Of a stretch of DNA of 64,000 nt, positions 39,762 to 48,440 are shown in pieces. This DNA is from Giardia intestinalis. Its lineage: Eukaryota. The translations under genes and the position numbers were made by a program. The notes beneath the pieces are model-generated. The model saw only the letters and a program-made list of their open reading frames with translations. It searched no databases and was not told where the DNA came from. The stretch lies in the NCBI GenBank assembly GCA_000002435.2, contig CM018790.1; one strand, given 5' to 3'. Every line of letters begins with the position of its first letter. Within the stretch, counting starts at the first letter, position 1.

Positions 39762-40571
39762 TTCCCCAGTAAACGGAGCTATCGCCTGCCGGTGCCTGTC
39801 TCTGAACGCGCATATCCCGGAGATGTCGACGGAGCCGAGGAGCCTCCGCACCCGCAAGCGCTCCCCCGGAAAGGGCTCGGTGTCCGCCGTCTTCGAGATC
39901 GACACGCTGCACTCTGCGGCATCCGACGCGACGCAGGAGAGGCCGTTGTGGAGCACCACCCGGGAGATCTCGCTGACGTGGACGGACAGCATGGGCCGCA
40001 GAATGCACACTCGATGCTTGGCCCTGCTGGCAAAGTCCATGACCTCGCAGTTGTAGTACCCCCGGAGCCCGAAGAAGGAGGCCCCGTGGACCCCGGTGAT
40101 CGCCAGGGTCTCCAGGTCGTCCAGCAGGTGGTGGCCGAGGGCCAGGGCGTCGTAGCCGCCGGCGGACACAAAGCTCGCCAGTGTTCCGCGGCGGCAGCGA
40201 GAGCAGACGCTGCACGCAGACGCCTTCCTGGCCTCCTGCCCCAATGCATCCAGGCGGGCGATCTTGGCTGAGACGTCCATCCCAACCACCTGCTGCTCGA
40301 ACGTCATGGCTCCCTCTGCGGCGTCGTCGATCGACAGCGCGCACGGGCAGAGGCTCCGTATCGTGTCCAGGATGAAGCCGGGTATCTTTGGGTCGAAGGT
40401 CACAGGGGTCACTTCCAGCGCCCCCAGGTCTCCTAGGCCGATGGGGTCAAACAGCCGCTTGATCATAGTAGCTGGAAGGAAGCCTACGCCTCTTCTGAAA
40501 GGACAAAAGTCGTCCGGTCTAGCCATCGGGACCAGTGGGTCAAACCGTTCAGCGTTAGAAGGAAAAGCCAT
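39753..40571 (-). CDS. TtcA/Ncs6-family PP-loop (tRNA thiolation) protein homolog with non-canonical PP-loop
   Basis: KASACSVCSRCRRGTLASFVSAGGYDALALGHHLLDDLETL…RVCILRPMLSVHVSEISRV aligns with E. coli TtcA KTTCSLCSRLRRGIL…ALGHHRDDILQTL…IVIRPLAYCREKDIQRF. Where SGGKDS is expected the sequence is FDPKIPGFILDTIRSL or IGLGDLGA. Very GC-rich, on the opposite strand and overlapping the HCMP 3' end by 9 nt. Confidence 0.55.
   Translation of the reverse strand: MAFPSNAERFDPLVPMARPDDFCPFRRGVGFLPATMIKRLFDPIGLGDLGALEVTPVTFDPKIPGFILDTIRSLCPCALSIDDAAEGAMTFEQQVVGMDVSAKIARLDALGQEARKASACSVCSRCRRGTLASFVSAGGYDALALGHHLLDDLETLAITGVHGASFFGLRGYYNCEVMDFASRAKHRVCILRPMLSVHVSEISRVVLHNGLSCVASDAAECSVSISKTADTEPFPGERLRVRRLLGSVDISGICAFRDRHRQAIAPFTGESY
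39768..39774 (+). promoter_or_regulatory. polyadenylation signal AGTAAAC, 7 nt after the HCMP stop
   Basis: TGATTCCCCAGTAAACGG. Confidence 0.6.
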
Positions 40572-40953
40572 TCTCGGGCGTCGCTAGTCTGCTGCTGTGG
40601 ATCTCAGTGCGTTCCTACGTAGAACAAACCAATTACATGGCCAACGTGTAGCCGCGTCACGCTCTGAAACGCATGTGTCTGTAGACAGTTAGTATACGGT
40701 CCAGTCATCTCCGTGTGCAAAGACTGTCATTAGAAGCAATGGGCTGACAGCCTGGGGCAACATGGTTGAAGCACGCTTCCAAATAGTAGTGGGTGCAGGC
40801 CCGAACAGCAACCTTATGAACAAGTTACTTAAATTACAAGATTAAATTATGAGAATAATGTTCCACCCAGTATGCTCCGAGACGTTAGAGAGCATGCAGA
40901 TACAGGGTACAGTCTACAGAGCAAGCTGCAGTGCAAATTCATAAGTATTGGTT

Positions 40954-43900
40954 ATGACCTTTTGTTCTCATGGAGCTGTAGGGTTTCCCGTATGTGGTTC
41001 CTGTTTGATTGAGTCTATCCAAGACGGGCGGCCTTCTGCAATGCTGTATGGAATGTTAGCCAACGTTGAAAAAGAGATCAACCGATTCAGCGAACAGTGC
41101 CCTGTTTCTGAGCTACCACATACCATTCAGAAACTGTGTGACGTTATGTGCTATATTACAGCTGATATTTCACGCACCTACGGTCTGCGATTTCTATTTT
41201 ACGTGCGTGGCTATATTTCATTTGATTGTCTTTTGAAGGTACTGAACATGCTGGCTGAGCGAGTAGAAGTAGACCCTGATACTTGGGCTGTTACCCTATT
41301 AATTATTTTCTGCTTGGCACTACCGTGTAAGAATGCAACGGCCAAAGATCCAGCAGAGACATCAGTCGCCGGCCTTCTTCATGGCCTCCCTCAGTACATC
41401 AGAATGCTAAGAGTTTACATCGAAACCGGTGGCAAGGAGATGTTGATTGGAGCTCTACTGCTCGTTTACACCCTCGCTCTTCGTCTCTCAATTGCATTGC
41501 TAGGAAATCACAACCTGATCGTAGGTCATGAAGACGCACTGCGGCAGTTCCACAGAAAGATCCAGGAGTGCATCAAGTTATGTGAGGGGTTAGCGGTTGC
41601 TGATAGAATTGCAACCCAGGATACAACCCTTGCGTTGCTTTGTCAAGAGGCTATATTTTCCATTATCCCGCTAAGAGGAGGAGATAGAAAGAAAAAGGGA
41701 GCAAACAATAGATATCTTCAGGGACAGGTTGCTAAGGTCGATAAACCTGACGTGGAACCAGACTATAGGCGGATGTTAGCATCATTGACCGCGTGCTTCT
41801 CCACATCCTGTTTGGATGCGATAGATTTTAGTGGTGTCTGTTATACATCAACCGGCAATGCTGTGCATACCATCTATAGTTGTCTAGAGCCAATTTTATC
41901 TGAGGCCCGCGAAGGGTTTGGGATATTGCAGCAAACAGTTGAGCAATGTAACGTTAGTACACTGATTAACTTGTTTTTTCAATGTCAACTGCATGGAACC
42001 GTGACAAAGGCGGCAGTCCTCAAATTGCTGTCTGGGATAGTCGCCACATATGGTGTACAACAGTCTGGAGCCTTTTTCAATTCTACCCCTGCCTTCCTCA
42101 GAGATGCCTTCTTGATAGAACTCAATACCATGGTGAAACTAAAACTACTTCAGGAGGATACTGCATCGGCGTCTGTTGTTGTATCTGGCATTATATCTTC
42201 AAAAACCAGTTATTCTGCGTACTCTGCATGTATTGATTACTTGAACGAAGCTGTCGAACATCCCCTCACCCACGGTACAGCGGAGTTGCTGTCTCTGCCC
42301 ATCATTGTCAGTCGTGATGACTTCCCCTGTTTTGTCTCTAAAATCAAGTCTGGCCCAGACGATTCTGCAAACCAATTCATATGCAATACAAAAAGCATAC
42401 TCATTATGCGCCATATAAGTAGCAAGCTAAAGCAGGGGCGCGTTGCATCGGTAAGCACCCTAGTAGACCTCCTGGTTACATATTGTTCCGGCACGTCTCT
42501 ATTTGATGCTACAGCATGGAGAGAACTAAACGAGATAATTGAAGAAATGCTTGTATTAAAATTAGAACCAGAAGATTGGTATCGCCTATTTCAGCTTCTT
42601 TCCCCTTTATTACACATATTATTTGAGTCAGAAGCAAATGAGGAAGACATAAGGGATCAGGAAATACAGATTCTGAAGACTCAAGTGCTCGACCATTTGA
42701 TGAAGCTAACAGCACAATATTGGGGACTAAAGGACTGTCCATCCATAGCCCTCCTCGCCACTGCTATCGATAGTCTTAAGCTTTACGGGCGCGGAGCCCT
42801 TAATTCTATGGACAGCGTGCTATTCTGGATAGTTCTGTCGCACTTGGTCCAGAATAAGAAGCCATTCGACATCGTTGGAACCGTGAGCTTTATTCTTACC
42901 AGGCTTGATTTTTTACAAGAGGAACCAGACGGTGCTGCTACAGCCCAGCGATACCTTGCTGTTTTAATAGCAATCTATCTAGGTCAATCAGAAGAATATA
43001 GAACAGCTGAGACGGGAAGAAACCTTTATTCCCAGATATGGCGTCACCTTGCTCGCACTACAGGGCATTTATCATCCTGTTCGTGTGAAGAGGAAATGTT
43101 TTTGGTGTATGCATTGAAGAGTCGCGGTCTTCTTGTACAACGAGAGGAGAGTACACGCCAGAGAGTACAGCTAGTGTGTGCTTGGCTTGCAAGAAAGAAG
43201 CAGGTCAGACAGCAGCTTGGTCCGTCTCTCACAGTTCAGCTCTCCTTTCTTGATACGGCACAGAACTATCGTGAGGTGTATCCAGTCATGGATATTGTCT
43301 TCAATAGATACAAACCTGAAGAGTACCTTACAGATCTCTGCACTCTCCCTCCAATCGATGCTAAAGGCCTTTGTAACATTATAGGGCTATCAAGCATTAG
43401 TCCGGGCTTTTCCACAGTGTTTGCAGAATTGCTATTGTGCAAACTCTGCTGCGATCGTCTCCAGGATGCCGGTGTCATCAGAGGGACGGGCAGCGGCTCT
43501 AATTCTTTGCAAAGGACAGAGCCGTCACAGGCAGCGATGGACGCGCTTGAGCGTCTTTTTAAGCGTACGAGATCCAAGCAAACAACGAGTACTCTTCTGG
43601 GTATCCTACTTGTGTGCATGCATCTGTTAGACATCGACATTTCTGGCCAAAGTCGAACGATCATTGAAGCCATGCTACCAGCCAGAGAAGTGGATGGACC
43701 AATAGACCATGAAGTCTCCTGGTTGTACGCAGCTCTAACTCTGCTACTGTGCATAAAGACTTCGCAGGACAATTTTTCTACAGGGATGCTATCACATATT
43801 TCGGGAGAGCATGGTCCCAGCAGAAGCGATGAGGATCCTATTGTTATTTTGCTGGCCATCATGTGTCACCTCAGACACCCAATAACCATAGAGTCTGCTT

Positions 43901-44250
43901 GCAAGATTGGGGTGGCGATGGGAACGCTATCAATTCACATGTACAGATGGCACCATGCAACTCCAGGATATGTGGCTGAATATCTTCGCGAGATAGAGGG
44001 TAATATCGCTCACAATCATGCTGTAAAGGCTATGATTGACCAAGGCTTTGTCTTTTGCCCTGGTGAAACTGCTAGAAAATTCACCAAATTAGAAGAGAAA
44101 CTATCATGGAACGCTGTTATCAAAGGGAGCAACGAAACAGGGTGTCTTTCAGTGGCAAAACGATTACTCTTCCTTACGTTGACAAGGCAACTATGTGATA
44201 AATCGAAGGCGGTGACCATCGAGAAGCCTATTGCATCGTCGCCCGCTTGA
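40954..44250 (+). CDS. large hypothetical protein (about 1098 aa from first ATG)
   Basis: The ORF-track start at 40948 is TTG; the first ATG is at 40954 (MTFCSHGAV…). Helical, leucine-rich; no recognisable catalytic motif. Confidence 0.6.
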   Translation: MTFCSHGAVGFPVCGSCLIESIQDGRPSAMLYGMLANVEKEINRFSEQCPVSELPHTIQKLCDVMCYITADISRTYGLRFLFYVRGYISFDCLLKVLNMLAERVEVDPDTWAVTLLIIFCLALPCKNATAKDPAETSVAGLLHGLPQYIRMLRVYIETGGKEMLIGALLLVYTLALRLSIALLGNHNLIVGHEDALRQFHRKIQECIKLCEGLAVADRIATQDTTLALLCQEAIFSIIPLRGGDRKKKGANNRYLQGQVAKVDKPDVEPDYRRMLASLTACFSTSCLDAIDFSGVCYTSTGNAVHTIYSCLEPILSEAREGFGILQQTVEQCNVSTLINLFFQCQLHGTVTKAAVLKLLSGIVATYGVQQSGAFFNSTPAFLRDAFLIELNTMVKLKLLQEDTASASVVVSGIISSKTSYSAYSACIDYLNEAVEHPLTHGTAELLSLPIIVSRDDFPCFVSKIKSGPDDSANQFICNTKSILIMRHISSKLKQGRVASVSTLVDLLVTYCSGTSLFDATAWRELNEIIEEMLVLKLEPEDWYRLFQLLSPLLHILFESEANEEDIRDQEIQILKTQVLDHLMKLTAQYWGLKDCPSIALLATAIDSLKLYGRGALNSMDSVLFWIVLSHLVQNKKPFDIVGTVSFILTRLDFLQEEPDGAATAQRYLAVLIAIYLGQSEEYRTAETGRNLYSQIWRHLARTTGHLSSCSCEEEMFLVYALKSRGLLVQREESTRQRVQLVCAWLARKKQVRQQLGPSLTVQLSFLDTAQNYREVYPVMDIVFNRYKPEEYLTDLCTLPPIDAKGLCNIIGLSSISPGFSTVFAELLLCKLCCDRLQDAGVIRGTGSGSNSLQRTEPSQAAMDALERLFKRTRSKQTTSTLLGILLVCMHLLDIDISGQSRTIIEAMLPAREVDGPIDHEVSWLYAALTLLLCIKTSQDNFSTGMLSHISGEHGPSRSDEDPIVILLAIMCHLRHPITIESACKIGVAMGTLSIHMYRWHHATPGYVAEYLREIEGNIAHNHAVKAMIDQGFVFCPGETARKFTKLEEKLSWNAVIKGSNETGCLSVAKRLLFLTLTRQLCDKSKAVTIEKPIASSPA

Positions 44251-45247
44251 GCTTGGACAGAGTCTCTATAAGGCTCTCGCTGACGGTCTGCTTGGATTGG
44301 GGGAGTTCTCCCTCTAAAATGGCTTGAAGAGAAATAGATCTTAGGTGGGGAGGGATCGTGATGAGGCTAACCTGCGCCAACCGCTGAAACTTATGGATTT
44401 GTTCGTCGAATCGTCGCTTTATCCGCTTTTTAATAGTGACAAACTCCCCGTTAATGAGATCCTTCAGAGCTTCAAACTGCCGCTCCCTACTCATCTGGTT
44501 GTGTCCCTCCAAACCAAGTGCAGTTGTATTGCCTGAAGAGGCCTGCCAGGAGAGGGTCTCTGTTTGCATTCCTGAGAAATTAAAGTTGGGTTTCTGCAGA
44601 CTCTCTGTTGTCTTTATGGCCGCAGAGTCAGCATATGTTTGAGACATGACAGACGATTCATTAATCGGCGGTACCTGCTGCATGCTCGGTGTACCGACAG
44701 AGGCACTACTTGCGTCCAAGACGTGAAACAGGCTGTCATTTCCTGGTTTGTCCTCTTGTTGAAGGGCCTCTGTCTGCTGCTGCACCCCTGAGGTCTCGCT
44801 GACCATAGGAACAGGAAGACCCGAGACCTTGATATGGTCCTGAAAGCGGCTCTGTGGCAGAGATGGTGACACCATTATCGCCACCTTTCCAGCGAACTGG
44901 ACGTATGGAACGTCTGGCTCATCGTTCTTGGGCGGCACGTGGATTACAGGCGTTTTAACCTGCTCTTCATTGTCGTCAGTAGAGGCCCGCGGACCTAGCC
45001 CATTGGGAGTCTCGGATGCTGCAGGTGCAGTAGCAGCTTGGGGCAGGATTGGGGTGAGCTGCGGAGTCTGTACCTGAGAAGAGTTATCTCTCTTATCAAG
45101 CCATGCTATCAACTCCTCATAAAGCTCATCGTTACGAGAATTTGCCCGTATTCCAGCCATTCTGGCGAAGCCTTGGAGTTCCCGTCGCTTGTACTCCTTG
45201 TTTATTAATTTCTCTCGTTCTGGGATACCTTCCTGTTGTTCGTCCAT
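44228..45247 (-). CDS. hypothetical protein (339 aa) with a low-complexity Q/S/P-rich centre and a basic helical C-terminus
   Basis: ATG at 45247. Convergent 23-bp overlap with the preceding gene's 3' end (44228-44250). Confidence 0.5.
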   Translation of the reverse strand: MDEQQEGIPEREKLINKEYKRRELQGFARMAGIRANSRNDELYEELIAWLDKRDNSSQVQTPQLTPILPQAATAPAASETPNGLGPRASTDDNEEQVKTPVIHVPPKNDEPDVPYVQFAGKVAIMVSPSLPQSRFQDHIKVSGLPVPMVSETSGVQQQTEALQQEDKPGNDSLFHVLDASSASVGTPSMQQVPPINESSVMSQTYADSAAIKTTESLQKPNFNFSGMQTETLSWQASSGNTTALGLEGHNQMSRERQFEALKDLINGEFVTIKKRIKRRFDEQIHKFQRLAQVSLITIPPHLRSISLQAILEGELPQSKQTVSESLIETLSKLKRATMQ

Positions 45248-45342
45248 CTACCAATCTGTAGTTTCGTGCTCCTTTATTGTTTTGAGCTAAACCTACTGCA
45301 ATTAGTTTTTTCCATTTTTGAAATAAAACTCTCAACACTTCA

Positions 45343-46611
45343 ATGGCATCCATTATCTCCACTGCACACAATAGCAGTGTCGGCAGACTCGATAGAGGAA
45401 TAAGCAGATCGTCCTCCTTTAAGTGTTCTAGCTACGTCTCGGAGAGAAGCGACTCTCACTTTAGTGAAACTATGGGCTCGATTCTTGGTTATATAGATGA
45501 CCCTGATGTGATCAACCTAGAGTCGACAAAGATGGCAACCCCGGTTACGTGTGTTGGTTCTCAGTTTCTTTTGCTATCCGACACACTTTTTTCATATGGA
45601 GGCGGCGAAAAGGCGTCTTCCACATATTATACCTATACAGGCTATGGGTCTGTCCTCAACGTGGGCTCTATACGGGGGAGCCCTATGACCATGCACGCTG
45701 CTGTTGCGTATGGAATTTACTATCTTTGCCACGGAGGATGCAGTGACTTGCGTACCTTCAGAAAAACCCTTTTATCTCCCCACAAGATGATGATTATTAA
45801 TTCTGTTACTCTTTCTGCGTACAAGAAGAAGATAAGTGGGGATGTTCCCTCTGCGCGCTTGTCGCACAAGATGTATCTTATCAAGCCTCACACGGTCTTT
45901 CTGGCAGGCGGGCTGGGGGCTAGTGGCTTCTGCAAAGATTGCTTCTTCATAAACCTTCTAACCATGGAGAGCGTCTACGCAGGAGACCTTCCCCTTCCTC
46001 TGGGGAACTTTAGTATTGTTGAGTGCAACTCCCAGGTTTACTTGATCGGGGGCCAGACAGATGGCTTTATTGTCTTCCCGGTGTTCTATAAAATATCATT
46101 TACAGACAAGCGGGAGCAAACTGATAGAACGGACGCAGGTCCGCCTTTTAATACAGCAGATGGCACTCCACCAACAAGTGACGCTCATGCTGCTGCTAAC
46201 AATAGAGAGACTAAGACACCCTTTTACACCAACAACTGGCGTGAACACAAGACAGAAAAGGCCCGAGAGCAAACCTCTGACAGCCCTCCCGTCCACGTCT
46301 CCTTTGAAAAACTTCCAGATCCACCATTCTTACCTAGAAGGGGGCATACGTGTGTTTCGATCGGTAAGTACATCCTGCTCTTCGGGGGCACAACCGGTAC
46401 CCGCTATTTCAATGACTTCTGGCTTTACGACAGTGTCTCGATGCAGTGGCGGGAAATCAACATTTATGGCGACCCTCCTAGCAAGCGCTACGGGGCCATG
46501 ATGGGCTTTCTCGACACAAGCATTATCGTTGCTGGCGGATCCAACGGCATCATGCAGCTCCACGACGCTTTCTACATCAACGCTACTGACCTGATAAATC
46601 AGAAGGCGTGA
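45343..46611 (+). CDS. Kelch-repeat (beta-propeller) protein
   Basis: Repeated blades with the Kelch signature: …VYLIGGQTDG…, HTCVSIGKYILLFGGTTGTRYFNDFWLYDSVSMQWREI, PPSKRYGAMMGFLDTSIIVAGGSNG (GG doublet, aromatic, then W/Y). Confidence 0.65.
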   Translation: MASIISTAHNSSVGRLDRGISRSSSFKCSSYVSERSDSHFSETMGSILGYIDDPDVINLESTKMATPVTCVGSQFLLLSDTLFSYGGGEKASSTYYTYTGYGSVLNVGSIRGSPMTMHAAVAYGIYYLCHGGCSDLRTFRKTLLSPHKMMIINSVTLSAYKKKISGDVPSARLSHKMYLIKPHTVFLAGGLGASGFCKDCFFINLLTMESVYAGDLPLPLGNFSIVECNSQVYLIGGQTDGFIVFPVFYKISFTDKREQTDRTDAGPPFNTADGTPPTSDAHAAANNRETKTPFYTNNWREHKTEKAREQTSDSPPVHVSFEKLPDPPFLPRRGHTCVSIGKYILLFGGTTGTRYFNDFWLYDSVSMQWREINIYGDPPSKRYGAMMGFLDTSIIVAGGSNGIMQLHDAFYINATDLINQKA

Positions 46612-46655
46612 ACCACGTGCATTCCTTTTACTCCACGACTCAGGTCGCTGCACTG

Positions 46656-48299
46656 CTATATCTTTACTTTGCGAGTCGTCTGCTCTCGTGGCGCAGTCTC
46701 TGTCTCATTGTCTGATGTGCCTAGGTTGCCGTACTTGCTTATGTGGTCATTAACATCTTTATCGCCTCCCTTTCTCCGTGCATCGAGTGCTGCGCTTACA
46801 GCTGCCGCCTTCGCCGCTGCTTTCGCCGCTTCACGCTCCATGTTCTTGTACAGGCTAATGCCGGGTACATCGACTCGAGGAACCTCAGTAAGCCCAAAGC
46901 TCCGACCCAGGCACTCTAGGTCTATCTTATTGACGTTAAAGACTTTCTTTAGATGGTGAGAGGCGTATGCAGAGATGAAGGACCTGTACGCATTTTGGGC
47001 CTTCCGTCTTAGATAGTATATTGTAGCAATGAGGTTTTCCATCTCTGCCTGTACATTTATTATCTTGTCTGCTGGGAACTCAAATTCAAACAAAGACACG
47101 TTGTGAGCCTTCAAGAAACTGATGAACTTTGTCTCGTGGCTCATTAAAAAGAGAAGGCCAACACCCTTTTTGCCTGTGTCCCCCCTGCAGGCGCGGCCAG
47201 CCCTATGTATGTACGACTCCACAGACTCGGGCGGGTCGAACTGAATGACGTAGTCTATGGCAGGAAGGTCCAGCCCCCGCGCTGCCACATTGGTCGCCAG
47301 AAGCACACCACTCTGTGCGTTGCAGAATTTGTTATAAGTCTCCATCCGTTGCTTCTGCTTCATACCTCCGTCCAGCATCAGTATGCTGGCCATCCCAATA
47401 AACCGTAGGAATTCATAGTAGAACTCTACGCTATCTCTGCTGCTGAGGAATACTATTATCTTCTTATCCGACCGCCGCTTCATGAATGTGTATAGAAGGA
47501 GGAAGCGCTGCTCCGGCGGACAGATGATGTATCCCTGCTCGAAGTGGGCCCGCGTAGCAGCAGAGCTCTTGACGTCTGTGTTGATGCGTATGAGAGTCTC
47601 TTTGTCAACTTCCATGTGAGGTACCTCTAGACACTTGTCGCTCATCGTGGCACTAAAGAAGCAAACCTGACGCAACTTGGGGCCCGGAAGCATGCGTAGT
47701 ATCGCCTCTAGTTCTTGCTGGAAGCCATACTCGAGGAGCATGTCGGCCTCGTCCAGTATCAGCATGAAAAGCTTGTCGGTCTTGAATCCAGGGGTGTTGT
47801 TCAAGTGGTCACACAGCCGCCCTGGGGTTGCGATTACGACGCTTGCTCCTTTGCACAGGTGATTTGCCTCCTTCTGTCGCGACGTTCCGCCTATGGCTAG
47901 ACCCACAGTGATGTTTGTTGCGCTGATCAGCTGCGTGGCGACATTGTACAGCTGCAATGCAAGCTCTCGCGTCGGGGTCAGAACGATGACGCCCGTGCCG
48001 TGATGGAGCTTCATGTTGGCTTTGTGGATAAGGTCTATGGCTGGCAATAGAAAGGCCAGAGATTTTCCCGAGCCTGTGTGTGCCTTGGCAGTCATGTTCC
48101 TTCCGCTCAGGATTACAGGGATCGATGCCTCCTGTATCCTTGTCATGTTCTTGTGACCCATTGCATCGACAGCCTCCAGCAGGAACGGCGACAGGCTGGT
48201 CTCAGAAAATGGCGTTTCTGTCATTATCTCCTGGTACTTTGCGTTCTCTGTGTCACCGCCCTCAGCGGACTCCGGCGCATTTGGTGCCGAGGCAGGCAT
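46656..48299 (-). CDS. DEAD-box ATP-dependent RNA helicase (Has1/DDX18- or Dbp4/DDX10-like)
   Basis: Q-motif context F…TRIQ; AHTGSGKSLAFLLPA (motif I); PTRELALQ (Ia); TPGRL; DEAD (II); SAT (III); HRAGRACRG (VI). K/A-rich C-terminal tail typical of nucleolar DEAD-box proteins. Confidence 0.9.
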   Translation of the reverse strand: MPASAPNAPESAEGGDTENAKYQEIMTETPFSETSLSPFLLEAVDAMGHKNMTRIQEASIPVILSGRNMTAKAHTGSGKSLAFLLPAIDLIHKANMKLHHGTGVIVLTPTRELALQLYNVATQLISATNITVGLAIGGTSRQKEANHLCKGASVVIATPGRLCDHLNNTPGFKTDKLFMLILDEADMLLEYGFQQELEAILRMLPGPKLRQVCFFSATMSDKCLEVPHMEVDKETLIRINTDVKSSAATRAHFEQGYIICPPEQRFLLLYTFMKRRSDKKIIVFLSSRDSVEFYYEFLRFIGMASILMLDGGMKQKQRMETYNKFCNAQSGVLLATNVAARGLDLPAIDYVIQFDPPESVESYIHRAGRACRGDTGKKGVGLLFLMSHETKFISFLKAHNVSLFEFEFPADKIINVQAEMENLIATIYYLRRKAQNAYRSFISAYASHHLKKVFNVNKIDLECLGRSFGLTEVPRVDVPGISLYKNMEREAAKAAAKAAAVSAALDARRKGGDKDVNDHISKYGNLGTSDNETETAPREQTTRKVKI

Positions 48300-48440
48300 A
48301 GATTACAATTAATTCGCTCGCCCTTTCTACATAATTATTGCCATTATTACCATTAACAATAGACTTTTAATTGAAATGTCCAGTAAGTGGCTAGTTTACG
48401 GCTGCTATTATATTACACACACTCCTAGAGATCTTTAAAA

